Origin: a virus
Length of the DNA stretch: 61,488 nucleotides
IMG/VR virus record: IMGVR_UViG_3300031825_000010
Location: 1 to 61,488 of that record
Direction: 5' to 3' (one strand)
Shown piece after piece: positions 33,501 through 42,224 of this stretch; position 1 is the stretch's first letter, and each line of letters begins with the position of its first letter. The translations under genes were made by a program, and so were the position numbers. The notes under the pieces were generated by a model, which had not been told where the DNA came from, searched no databases, and worked only from the letters and a program-made list of their open reading frames with translations.

Positions 33501-34795
33501 ACCTAGAGAACAAACTTAGAGAAGATAGGATGAAGAAAGAACAAGATTCCTTCACCTTCTCTGAAAACTGGATCAATCACAAGAAGGCCATGGGCGAACT
33601 TTCTGCTAAGGAAGAACTTGCTGCATGGGAACGAGTTCAGAAACGTTATCTCCAAGGTACTGAACAACGCATCAAGGCAGATGAACAGGTTTATGCTGCC
33701 AAACAGAAGCTTGTGCAGGAAGAAGAAAACGGCCTTGACCAGTTAATCTCCAAAGAACGTTCATACTTACAAGATGCTAAACAACAAGCGCTACAGAGGA
33801 TTCAGGATGAACGTGACGCTTATGTTGCTGCCCAGGACGAAAAAATCAAGGCTATCGATCGCTTGTTAGCTGCCGAACAAAGTACAAACGACGACTCAGA
33901 CTATGAGAAGAAGTTAGCAGAGAAACAAGCGCGACAAGCTTTACTACAATCCGCTGTTGGTCCAGAAGGAAAGAAAGAACTTCGAGATGTAACAAAAGAA
34001 ATCGCGGATATGCAACTTGAACATTCTCGGGTTATTCGTAGACGTGACCTTGAAGCTCAGAAACAAGAGCTTGAAGATGAGAAGGCAGAGAAAGAAAAGG
34101 CATGGGAGAAAGAACGCCAAGACACCGAATCCCATTACGACGATCTCCTGAAAATATTTGACGGATTCAAAAACGATGTCGCCGGCCGTGCTGAACTGCT
34201 GAAGAACATCCAAATTCAGAAAGAAGCCGAGAAAAACGCAACTATACTTTCTAATCTGGATACGTTTATCTCGCAGTATAAAGCCAAAATGTCGGCAATA
34301 GCAGCTAACAAGACGCAAGCGGAGTTGGATTTTGAAAAGTATACCGAAAATCAGCGTATCTGGAACGATCCCAGAAGTACATCAGACCAGAAGAAAGCTG
34401 CGAACAAGGAAAACATAGACTTCCGTAACAAATACGGCATTTCTCAAACCAACTATTCCGGAATCCAACATTTCGCTGATGGAGGCGTCGTAAAAGGATC
34501 GAAGGGACAGGCCGTGCCGGTTGTCGCTCATGGCGGGGAAATGTACTTGAATGAACAACAGCAAGGGAACCTATTCCGGTTGCTGAATTTCAAGATGCCA
34601 AGCCTAAGTTTCTCCATGCCTCAATTTGCAATGGCTTCAGGATCTAATCAGAGCATCGTGAACAATCATTATTACACGGTATCAACTGGAAATGTAAATA
34701 TAGCAGATGAAGCTGATGCTAGGACATTCTGGAATGAACGCGACAATGTAGTAAGGAGATTTCAATCAAGAACGGGGGCGAAGCAAAGGTCATGA
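30587..34795 (+). CDS. Tape measure protein (ATG 30596 is the likely start)
   Basis: About 1400 aa with long coiled-coil stretches and central hydrophobic segments (LLLGGAILTLNTG.., IGAVLTGIALAIGAATAAW). Position fits. Confidence 0.9.
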   Translation: MRIMADELNKDVVGARINLDTSKILPAFKVIDEAAKKNTETFKGLNAELAVTAKSYGEMTKAADKLALTSDERRKKILAESAALVAQRTAQAEYYKAKTQQLDVANQVVESKLKAQQAIQKKRQNAIEQQEKEHKQRMATLQQKTAAASGQENLIQARLDREFIETRRSNQRMEQEAERHAVKMDKLLAPGSTMMHGHSENTTLSTAFNRMAPYMLAGNLYFNAIQGAKEAITVLKDFESTLVGVQRVMGANVDVELVKESMIQDAKEYGYALKDVGDVYVQIAQQGFNEKDTAALAKTAMMAANVEESFKGAAQAQQLLTGAILNYNMAATDSERLLDRLNQVSNDYATDSNKLLQGINRVGAAANNAGVDINTLIGYLTVLNEAGFSGSVAGNAVKSFISFSSRDIAIDKLEKYVGTIKQATGEMMPFKEILQRISEVWNKVSDAERHEITQAVARGDQASRFIALMDNYQKVMQVASTAENSFGSAQRENALAMTTLEKQSMQLKAAWDELVVSIGDNGLLAVLKEMVHTGTLLIDGFNSLPEPIRNTLTATLLLGGAILTLNTGMRMLTGQSLIQLVVGLTNGARAMMGLKVATDAANVSQKAFAATPIGAVLTGIALAIGAATAAWSYFKGASNAANEATIQNERDTYALAEKYKELRSIVDDNTKSDKEIKQAKDELAVVITKISSLMPGLISQWDAHGQAIDVNISKLEAFRQEYASSMRIVAMDDLKKSQDRIKELESKKKETQFKQDNFGKSDLSIWDMATGKSVDSYRTKYANDMLNIGNELTIEEQKLKNAQETLDLLDGKKKAESYQYGNKNHGGRQQTEEELNDAAKQRKQDFDDAMSAFRHQVNIEAKGYADAKSQLAKLRAIRSEFSGLNDSDLYGIDEEIYRLSTGKKINAKGLGSTKKTEDPLKKSFDDFRAQLEHLKAIGKLTTEQELAAWKKAQTAYGSQTELRWQTEENIYNLENKLREDRMKKEQDSFTFSENWINHKKAMGELSAKEELAAWERVQKRYLQGTEQRIKADEQVYAAKQKLVQEEENGLDQLISKERSYLQDAKQQALQRIQDERDAYVAAQDEKIKAIDRLLAAEQSTNDDSDYEKKLAEKQARQALLQSAVGPEGKKELRDVTKEIADMQLEHSRVIRRRDLEAQKQELEDEKAEKEKAWEKERQDTESHYDDLLKIFDGFKNDVAGRAELLKNIQIQKEAEKNATILSNLDTFISQYKAKMSAIAANKTQAELDFEKYTENQRIWNDPRSTSDQKKAANKENIDFRNKYGISQTNYSGIQHFADGGVVKGSKGQAVPVVAHGGEMYLNEQQQGNLFRLLNFKMPSLSFSMPQFAMASGSNQSIVNNHYYTVSTGNVNIADEADARTFWNERDNVVRRFQSRTGAKQRS

Positions 34796-35346
34796 TTGAA
34801 GCATGGATAGACGGAGTTTCGTTCTCGTCTCTTGGTATCGGGATCATCAGGAGGGACATACCAATCCTTCCTGATACCAGAGACTATACAGTTCAGATCG
34901 CCGGTCACAATGGGGAACTGGATTTCGGGTCAGAGTATGGAGCCAGAATCGTAACCCATGAATGTGTTTTAATGGCTGACGATCCGACAACAGACTATCA
35001 CGCAAAGGTTAGGCAATTGGCCAGAGTGTTCGATGCAAAACGGGGAGAACGAATTGTCACATATAGTGATCTCCCCGGAAAGCAGTATCGAATGCGGTAT
35101 GCCGGATCTCTCCCGATTGAGAAGATCATTTTTGATGGAAACTTTTCGCTTCCGATGAAAATGTACGATCCATTCCCCGAGAGCTCCACAGAGAGCATCC
35201 TTGAAACAACGTTTACTGATAATCCTCATATAGAAGTAGTCCAATCGGACGGCGATTTAAACGCTAGTCCGATTTTTGTTTTAACGAATACGGGTTCTAC
35301 CACAATCAACGGATTAACAATTCAAAACGAATATCAAATTGAGTAG
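34792..35346 (+). CDS. Distal tail protein (Dit), N-terminal-type, short
   Basis: Immediately after the TMP with an ATGA overlap. Ends at ..PIFVLTNTGSTTINGLTIQNEYQIE. Confidence 0.65.
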   Translation: MIEAWIDGVSFSSLGIGIIRRDIPILPDTRDYTVQIAGHNGELDFGSEYGARIVTHECVLMADDPTTDYHAKVRQLARVFDAKRGERIVTYSDLPGKQYRMRYAGSLPIEKIIFDGNFSLPMKMYDPFPESSTESILETTFTDNPHIEVVQSDGDLNASPIFVLTNTGSTTINGLTIQNEYQIE

Positions 35347-35359
35347 GAGATGACCAAAA

Positions 35360-35755
35360 ATGAACATTAGTAATTTTCTCGCAACTTCGCTGCTTAACCA
35401 AGTTTTCCGTAACATTGCGTACACTCGTCCAGCTACCGTTTACCTTGCGCTCTACACTTCCGATCCAACAGCAGCAGATACAGGTACAGAGGTTACGGGT
35501 GGTTCTTATGCGCGCCAGGCTATCACATTGTCTGCACCGGTAGTAGTCGGAGGAAAAGAAACAATCAAGAACAGCGCTGACATCGTATTCCCGGTCGCAA
35601 CAGCAGATTGGGGAAATGTCACTCACGTAGGAATCAGAGACGCAGATACCGGCGGAAACCTTCTTTATTTCGGATCGTGGGCATCGGCAAGGACTATCCT
35701 TTCCGGTGACCGCCCTCGTGTTCTGCAAGACTCACTCGTTCTCACATTGAGCTAA
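35360..35755 (+). CDS. Hypothetical tail-associated protein
   Basis: 131 aa. VYLALYTSDPTAADTGTEV..GGSYARQ..WGNVTHVGIRDADTGGNLLYFG, a pattern seen next to tail fibre genes. Confidence 0.45.
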   Translation: MNISNFLATSLLNQVFRNIAYTRPATVYLALYTSDPTAADTGTEVTGGSYARQAITLSAPVVVGGKETIKNSADIVFPVATADWGNVTHVGIRDADTGGNLLYFGSWASARTILSGDRPRVLQDSLVLTLS

Positions 35756-35767
35756 GGAGGATAACTC

Positions 35768-37702
35768 ATGACACAGCAAACTATGTATATCGGGCTAGCA
35801 AATAGCCCGGTAACTGAGCTCTCCGCAGCTATCGATAATATTCAAACGACAATCTCACTGGTTGATGCATCCAAACTTCCGGCAGCGCCTAATATCGCAA
35901 CTATCGGAAGCGATGAGACAGCAGAGACTGTGCTGTATACAGGAAAGACAGGAAATGATCTGACCGGTGTTACGCGCGGATTTGAAGGAGTGGCCAAATC
36001 TTGGGGTGTTGGATCGAAGGTCGCAAGGAACTTCACGGCATACGACCATGCCTCGTTCAAAGGAAACATTGAGGATCATGAGACAAGGATTGTTGCGCAT
36101 TTGGCGGAAGCTGTGACAGCAGTCAATGCGGTTGAGGGGCATAACGCTGACCCTTCAGGAGTTACTGATACTATTACTCAACTGACTTCAGCCGCAACTG
36201 CCGCCGCTGGGAAAACTCTATTTATCCAGCCGGGTAGCTACCAGATTGGATCGACGCTGGTGATACCGGACAACACGACGGTTTTCGCATACGGAGCAAG
36301 AATTTTTAACACCACTGCTCATATAACACTATTGTCTCTCGGTAATAACGTGAAGATATATGGACTTGAATTACAAGGTGTGGGGAATGCAAGCGCCGTA
36401 TCAACCGGAATCGGGATTGCGATGAAGGGCGCTGACTCCAGCAGTTACAAGGATACGGCAATCATCGAAGATTGCTATATTCATGATGTTGGGTTCTATG
36501 GGATTCACCTTGAATTTGCCAAAAACGTAATCATTCGATGTCCACGTATTGAGCATATTGGATATGCCGGAATTATGGGTATTTCTGCAACCAATGTGAA
36601 CGTCGATGGGGGCCACATTAAGGACGTTGCACCGGGAACAACACAATGTTATGGTGTCGCATTCACCCGGACATCTTTGACAAACAGTCTCGTAACATAC
36701 CCAAGAAGTAAAGATTGCACCGTATCTAATATGCTTCTTGAAGACATACCGCTCTATGAAGCACTGGATACGCACGGCGGGGAGAACATCGCTTTCATTC
36801 GCAACACGATCCGTAACTGCGGGCGCGGGATTTCTATTACTTCCAGCCATCTTTCAGGAGTCATTGACCACGCCGCTAAGGAATGCAAGGCGATTGGGAA
36901 TACGGTGTATGGTTCTGGTGGTGGATTTGGTATTCAAATCATCGGAGAAAAGACCGCCGAATATAACATGGGTGCAATCATTGAAGGGAATAACCTCTAT
37001 CAAAGCGGCATGCAAACCACGACAACCGGTGCAATTTATGCCTACGATACAATAGGCATGGTCATCAAGGGGAATAATCTCTATCAATGCTATGGCGGCG
37101 GTGCGATCGTCATAAACAATGACAATCAGGGCTTTGTTGCAGAGGGAAATACGATCGTAGACCCACAGGACAGCACACTAACCTACGCAGCAGGAATAGT
37201 TATTCTCGGTAACGATAATGTCGGCACGATCAACGGCAACACTTTTCTGAGAATCAATGATTCGTTAAATACGTATGTATCAGAACGCGGGATATACATT
37301 GCTGGAGCATCCAATAACCTCGTAATGATTGGGGATAATTACAATAATTTCGTCATCGAGCTTTCGGGTATCACGCTATCTAACTCCCTGTTCGGAAAAT
37401 TCGGCGGTACTGGCGTCAACGTATATTGCGGCATTAACAGCCCTGAAGGCGTGGTTACAGCTGGAGTGGGATCACTCTTTATCCGAACAAACGGAAGTGT
37501 GGGCGCGACTCTTTATGTTAAGCAATCCGGGACCGGAAATACAGGATGGACGGCTAGCAACGTTCTGGCTAGTGGTACGACAGCAAATAGACCGACGAGT
37601 GTACCGGTGGGGACGCCGTATTTTGATATGACACTAGGCAAACCGATATGGCTCAAGACCGCTCCGAGCACTTGGGCGGATGCAACAGGTACGACGGTGT
37701 AA
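35768..37702 (+). CDS. Tailspike / tail fibre with right-handed beta-helix (pectate-lyase-like, depolymerase candidate)
   Basis: Repeated beta-helix rungs: NVKIYGLELQGVGN, IIEDCYIHDVGFYGIHL, NVIIRCPRIEHIGYAGI, NVNVDGGHIKDV, NNLYQ x2. Confidence 0.7.
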   Translation: MTQQTMYIGLANSPVTELSAAIDNIQTTISLVDASKLPAAPNIATIGSDETAETVLYTGKTGNDLTGVTRGFEGVAKSWGVGSKVARNFTAYDHASFKGNIEDHETRIVAHLAEAVTAVNAVEGHNADPSGVTDTITQLTSAATAAAGKTLFIQPGSYQIGSTLVIPDNTTVFAYGARIFNTTAHITLLSLGNNVKIYGLELQGVGNASAVSTGIGIAMKGADSSSYKDTAIIEDCYIHDVGFYGIHLEFAKNVIIRCPRIEHIGYAGIMGISATNVNVDGGHIKDVAPGTTQCYGVAFTRTSLTNSLVTYPRSKDCTVSNMLLEDIPLYEALDTHGGENIAFIRNTIRNCGRGISITSSHLSGVIDHAAKECKAIGNTVYGSGGGFGIQIIGEKTAEYNMGAIIEGNNLYQSGMQTTTTGAIYAYDTIGMVIKGNNLYQCYGGGAIVINNDNQGFVAEGNTIVDPQDSTLTYAAGIVILGNDNVGTINGNTFLRINDSLNTYVSERGIYIAGASNNLVMIGDNYNNFVIELSGITLSNSLFGKFGGTGVNVYCGINSPEGVVTAGVGSLFIRTNGSVGATLYVKQSGTGNTGWTASNVLASGTTANRPTSVPVGTPYFDMTLGKPIWLKTAPSTWADATGTTV

Positions 37703-37720
37703 GACGAAAATTACTGTAAA

Positions 37721-37751
37721 AAAAGGGTGCCGATTGGCACCCTTTCGCTTT
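37721..37751 (+). terminator. Intrinsic terminator after the tailspike gene
   Basis: AAAAGGGTGCC-GATT-GGCACCCTTT followed by CGCTTT. Confidence 0.7.
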
Positions 37752-37784
37752 GGATTAATAACATGTAAAATGGAGGGGCAAAAG

Positions 37785-37934
37785 ATGACAGACCAAGAGA
37801 TCGAAAAAGAGATCGAAGTCGCTCGTCGCGAGGATGAAACATTCCCCATCGAGTGGGTAAAAAAGATGAACAATGCCGGTGTTTGGTTCGCGTTCATGAA
37901 GGATGGGATTCGATGGAGCAGGAAACCTTTTTAG
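37785..37934 (+). CDS. Hypothetical small protein (49 aa)
   Basis: SD GGAGGGG, then ATG 37785. Confidence 0.35.
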   Translation: MTDQEIEKEIEVARREDETFPIEWVKKMNNAGVWFAFMKDGIRWSRKPF

Positions 37935-38155
37935 GTGTCCTTGCCACGAAATCCGCCCTCATCAGCTCTGATTCTCATGTTTTCCTTATTGCACGGAGTC
38001 ATTTTACCGCAATGCGGACACTGAACATTGTTTCCGGCCAATGCTGAAGAATCAAATGATTCGAGATCCCCAATGAATATGGGTGATTTAAACCACTTTC
38101 CGCATTTTGGGTTTAGGCACTTTATCTCAACCGTTTTTGTTGGCAAGAGCAACAA
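37931..38155 (-). CDS. Zinc-ribbon small protein (minus-strand moron)
   Basis: CLNPKCGKW...CPHCGKM gives two CxxC pairs. It is the only minus-strand gene in the tail block. Confidence 0.55.
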   Translation of the reverse strand: MLLLPTKTVEIKCLNPKCGKWFKSPIFIGDLESFDSSALAGNNVQCPHCGKMTPCNKENMRIRADEGGFRGKDT

Positions 38156-38215
38156 CCTCCTCTCTACTCAAAATGACAATCATGACCAATTGTTATTTTA
38201 GCAGAGAGGATTTCC

Positions 38216-38246
38216 AAGAGTCTACCAGACGGTAGGCTCTTTAATT
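38216..38246 (+). terminator. Hairpin/terminator
   Basis: AGAGTCTACC-AGAC-GGTAGGCTCT followed by TTAATTT. Confidence 0.5.
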
Positions 38247-38272
38247 TCGCTTGAGGACGATTATACGCAACA

Positions 38273-38303
38273 AAGCTCCGAGCAATCGGGGCTCTTATTT
38301 TTT
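38273..38303 (+). terminator. Intrinsic terminator
   Basis: AGCTCCGA-GCAA-TCGGGGCT followed by CTTATTTTTTT. Confidence 0.65.
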
Positions 38304-38318
38304 TAAGGTGGTGATAAC

Positions 38319-38837
38319 TTGTTTAACCGAAACGCAGCATTAAATCGGATGCCATTCAGCCGACCATTTTCAGTTGATATTATGCTTTCTGCAATTCTTG
38401 AAGGTAAATCTGAGTTAATAGCATCGCTGACGATGGACTTAACAATGAATGCTCAAATGAACGGTGAAGGCGAACTAATTGCCGATCTCATTCGAGAATT
38501 TTTCATGTCAGCAGAGTTCAATGGCATCGCAACGATGGATGTGGAGATGATTCGGGAACGTCTGATTTTCGCCGCGTTAAACGGTCAAGGAAGTCTCCAA
38601 GGAAATTTAAGCAGATTTCATGTTGATTCAATCGCTATCAATAATCCGTTTGCTCCAGGAGACAAAATAGTAATCGATTCCGGAAAACTTCGCGTGATGA
38701 GAAATGGCCAACCAATTGGCTATACCGGAGATTTTTTCGATATTCATCCGGGACAAAATACAATCACATACACTGACTCGGCGACAGGGCGAACCGTTCA
38801 AATCCGGATCACATACCGGGACAAATACCTTTATTAA
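38319..38837 (+). CDS. Tail protein carrying a Dit C-terminal-type region after an N-terminal repeat region
   Basis: Four repeats of the pattern G.G.L.A.L, then PGDKIVIDSGKLRVMRNGQPIGYTGDFFDIHPGQNTITY..IRITYRDKYLY. Confidence 0.55.
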   Translation: MFNRNAALNRMPFSRPFSVDIMLSAILEGKSELIASLTMDLTMNAQMNGEGELIADLIREFFMSAEFNGIATMDVEMIRERLIFAALNGQGSLQGNLSRFHVDSIAINNPFAPGDKIVIDSGKLRVMRNGQPIGYTGDFFDIHPGQNTITYTDSATGRTVQIRITYRDKYLY

Positions 38838-38850
38838 AGGGGGATCCATT

Positions 38851-40905
38851 TTGAAAAGACTTCTTGTATATGATAAGAACTTTAATCAATTAGGCGCATT
38901 GCGTGATGCTGGAGACGTAGAACGTCATCGTCGCCTTAATTCAGATTACAACTTATCTTTTACCGTACCAATGTCTAGCGATGACTACGATATCATTCAG
39001 ATCAAAGGTCACATTAAGGACGAACGCGGACAATATTACGTCATCAATGATCGATCTCGAAAACGTGACGGCGTAAAGCGAATGGTTCAGTTTGATTGCA
39101 TGCACGTGATATTCAAACTGGCCGATTTCAAATTCCCTTATGACTCATACATTGAAGAAGCCTATGGTGTAAACATCGTCACGCTGCTCAACTCGATATC
39201 TACAGCTACTGGCGGTAAATTTACCTTCTCGGTTGACGATACTTTCGATCTGAAGGATATTAAAGACTTCGGGCGGGGGAATTGCCTGCAGGCGCTTAAT
39301 TTCGTTGTCGAGAAATATGGTTGTGAAGTTGAACCTGATAACTTCGTAATCCACCTGAAAAAACAGATCGGAATGGACAGGGGATACCAAGCAAGGATTA
39401 AAAAGAACATCATCAACGTAAATTTTAAAGACAGCTCTCGTGCTCTTGTTACCCGCATGTTTGCTCAGATGAAAGACGGCCTGACTTGGATAGGACAACC
39501 CGCATCGATCCTCACAAGCGAAGAATACGCGCTTCTGAACGCAGTTCCCGGAGCAATTGTCGGCGGCATAATTAAAGTAAACTATTTGATCTCTCCTTAT
39601 GCCGCATACTGGTCCAATACAACGAACACATACTTTGACGGTGAAATCATTGAATCGGATATTGAGGATCCGTTAGAACTCTTGGAAGCCACGAGAAAGG
39701 CGTTGCGGGAGCAGGAAGTGCCATCGATTGACGTTCCTCTTGATGTCGCTGATCTGCATAAGATAGATAACGAGGAACCAGAAATATTCCTCGGAGATAC
39801 AATCCGAATCTTTGACAGCGAAATGCAGATCAATGATATCTCGGCGCGTGTAATTGAGATTACAGAGTATCCGTTCCATCCGGGTAAGCAACCGAATATA
39901 ACACTGGCGAATTACTTCCTTCGAGATTATGAAGACATCATTGCAGACTTGGATAAGTCCAAGCATATTGTTGATCGGATTATTAGCGGTGGAAAGGTAT
40001 TAACATCATACTTTGAAAATTTCGCCGCTCAAGCCGTAAACGATATCAACAACTCAAAAACTGAAGTTATCTATGACCAGCGCGGCATCGTTTTAAGAAG
40101 CAAACTTAACCCGCAGCATATGGTTGTAGAGTCAGCAGAAGGCATTTACATCACGACAGACGGTGGCGCAACTGCTGACGCTGCTATTACTGCCAGTGGC
40201 GTTATTGCAGAGAAGGTTATCGGTAAGTTAGGCAATTTCGTAACAATCGAAGTAGGTACAGGTAATAACGTCTTCAAGATGGATAGCAACGGCATCTATC
40301 TTGGAAATCAGAATTTTTCCAGTGCGCCATTCAGAGTTGATATGTCCGGACACCTGAAAGCAACTGATGTTGATCTTACAGGGATTATTAATGCAACAGG
40401 CGGCGTATTCTCAGGCAATATATTCGCAACAGGAACAATTACTGGTGGTACTTTGATAGGTGCATATATTGCGACTTCATTAAACACATACCCTAGAGTT
40501 GAAATAGACCCAAGCGGGAACCTTATGTCAATTTACTTGAATGCCAATGATTACATGGTAATAAATTCGAATTATAGTGGAACTCCTTGTATGCAATTTT
40601 ATCAGAACGGATCTCTTGCTGGGCTAATCTTTCCATTTTCAGACAACCTTCAGATGAATGCTTTAAAGAGGTTAGTTTTGAAGGGCAACACGGGAATCAG
40701 CATGGATCCTGGTCCAGGGTTCTATGTATCCGTCCCCGATTGGTCGCAGGTATACAGCTCCGGAGATGTTCAAACACTTCAATCCGCTCTTGATTCAAAA
40801 GCTAATGTGTTTAGTGGATTTACCGGAACTATATACGTTGCAACATCAAGTGGTGGACCTGCAACTACAGCGAAAACATTCAATAATGGTATATGTACTT
40901 CTTAA
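38851..40905 (+). CDS. Tail-associated lysin / prophage tail endopeptidase-family protein (Tal)
   Basis: TTG 38851 follows SD AAGGGGGA. LKRLLVYDKNFNQLGAL..YNLSFTVP..GQYYVINDRSRKRDG is typical of the Prophage_tail family. Confidence 0.75.
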   Translation: MKRLLVYDKNFNQLGALRDAGDVERHRRLNSDYNLSFTVPMSSDDYDIIQIKGHIKDERGQYYVINDRSRKRDGVKRMVQFDCMHVIFKLADFKFPYDSYIEEAYGVNIVTLLNSISTATGGKFTFSVDDTFDLKDIKDFGRGNCLQALNFVVEKYGCEVEPDNFVIHLKKQIGMDRGYQARIKKNIINVNFKDSSRALVTRMFAQMKDGLTWIGQPASILTSEEYALLNAVPGAIVGGIIKVNYLISPYAAYWSNTTNTYFDGEIIESDIEDPLELLEATRKALREQEVPSIDVPLDVADLHKIDNEEPEIFLGDTIRIFDSEMQINDISARVIEITEYPFHPGKQPNITLANYFLRDYEDIIADLDKSKHIVDRIISGGKVLTSYFENFAAQAVNDINNSKTEVIYDQRGIVLRSKLNPQHMVVESAEGIYITTDGGATADAAITASGVIAEKVIGKLGNFVTIEVGTGNNVFKMDSNGIYLGNQNFSSAPFRVDMSGHLKATDVDLTGIINATGGVFSGNIFATGTITGGTLIGAYIATSLNTYPRVEIDPSGNLMSIYLNANDYMVINSNYSGTPCMQFYQNGSLAGLIFPFSDNLQMNALKRLVLKGNTGISMDPGPGFYVSVPDWSQVYSSGDVQTLQSALDSKANVFSGFTGTIYVATSSGGPATTAKTFNNGICTS

Positions 40906-40958
40906 ATCTCCCTAAAAGTGCTATACTGTAGGAAAAATTTAGGGAATGAGGGAGATTA

Positions 40959-41462
40959 ATGCGTAAATATGCGATAGGGTTCTTTATTGGTATATTTGTA
41001 GCATCGGCATTTCCTGTATACGGAGCAGTCACATCTTTGGTAGGTCAGAAAGTTCAGACAGAATATCCGGTTGTGGTAAACGGCAAGCAACTTGAAACTA
41101 AAGCAATATCAATAAATGGTGTTTCTTACACGCCCAACAGAGCGTTTTCTGATGCTACAGGAAGTCAAATTTCATTTGAAAACAAGACGGTGGTGATCAC
41201 TACAATGGTTGATCCAGTTACCCAAAAAGAATTAAACCTTACACCTGATGATGTTAAGTTTTTACTTGCTAGAACCAATGAACAAATAGAGGACTTACAA
41301 GCATATATTTTTGCGAATAATTCAGTTATAAACGATCCTCGTAGTAGTGATGAGGCCCAAAAAGAAAAACTAAGACAAACGAATGCAGAATATGAACAAA
41401 AAATTGCAGATTTAAAGGAAAGAATCAAGCAACTTGAAGCACAATTAACTACAACTCCATAA
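40959..41462 (+). CDS. Membrane-anchored protein with Cu-amine-oxidase-N-like stalk domain and coiled coil
   Basis: Signal/TM segment FFIGIFVASAFPVYG, then VVVNGKQLETKAISINGVSYTPNRAF. Confidence 0.55.
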   Translation: MRKYAIGFFIGIFVASAFPVYGAVTSLVGQKVQTEYPVVVNGKQLETKAISINGVSYTPNRAFSDATGSQISFENKTVVITTMVDPVTQKELNLTPDDVKFLLARTNEQIEDLQAYIFANNSVINDPRSSDEAQKEKLRQTNAEYEQKIADLKERIKQLEAQLTTTP

Positions 41463-41484
41463 GTGACTATAAGGGGGTGCCTAT

Positions 41485-41994
41485 TTGTCTTTTGCAGCGA
41501 GCATCACTGGTGTAATTTTAATAGTTTTGAGCGTAGTCTATGCTATCTATGAACAGACAGCAACACCGATGCTATTTTACTCGGTTCCCACAGGTGTTTT
41601 CTTCTTATCTTTAGCAAAAATCATAGATCTGCTTGTCAAAATAGAAGCGAGACTGTCTGGAAATCAACCTGCTTTACAGCAAGGCGAGTATCATTTCACC
41701 TCTACCGATTTTGAGGTCCATGAACAAAACAATGAGACCTATAGGTTAATTAAGGTTGACGGCCGTGATTTTGTTCAGGCGAGAATTTTCAAAAATTATC
41801 TTGATGTTCACGAGAACTCCATCACTTTCAGTTTACCAGGCAAAGAGAAAGTTGAGCTTACTCAGCAGCAGGCAAATAGTCAAGGTGCCAATCTCTTCAT
41901 GTTGGACGGTACGGCATACGTCAAACTTTCTGTTTTAGGAATAAACGCAGCCATAGTTGGCAATACAATTCGTTTAAAATATGTTCAGCAATAA
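41485..41994 (+). CDS. Hypothetical membrane protein
   Basis: Two N-terminal TM segments. TTG start. Confidence 0.5.
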   Translation: MSFAASITGVILIVLSVVYAIYEQTATPMLFYSVPTGVFFLSLAKIIDLLVKIEARLSGNQPALQQGEYHFTSTDFEVHEQNNETYRLIKVDGRDFVQARIFKNYLDVHENSITFSLPGKEKVELTQQQANSQGANLFMLDGTAYVKLSVLGINAAIVGNTIRLKYVQQ

Positions 41995-42002
41995 AAATAA
42001 GG

Positions 42003-42023
42003 TCAGGAAAAGTTTCCTTACCT
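42003..42023. repeat. Conserved palindromic element, copy D (one central mismatch)
   Basis: TCAGGAAAAGTTTCCTTACCT, fused directly to a TTAATCCGTAG motif. Confidence 0.75.
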
Positions 42024-42078
42024 TAATCCGTAGTAATATCGCATTAAACAACTGATAATCTATAACTGTAAAACATTA

Positions 42079-42110
42079 GGCGCTGGCTATTAGCTAGCGT
42101 CTTTTTGTTT
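42079..42110 (+). terminator. Intrinsic terminator
   Basis: GGCGCTGGCT-ATT-AGCTAGCGTC followed by TTTTTGTTTT. Confidence 0.7.
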
Positions 42111-42114
42111 TGCT

Positions 42115-42180
42115 CAGCGGATAGGTAGGCCAACCGAAAAGGAAATGCCACCGTCCTCATTTCCCTTCCGCTGTTTTATT
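42115..42180 (+). terminator. Long compound hairpin with U-tract (second tandem terminator or leader structure)
   Basis: CAGCGGA...TCCGCTG encloses GGAAATG...CATTTCC, followed by TTTTATT. Confidence 0.5.
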
Positions 42181-42224
42181 GAATTTAAGGGCGAAAAATA
42201 AACCAATAAGGTCGGTGTTTAGCG

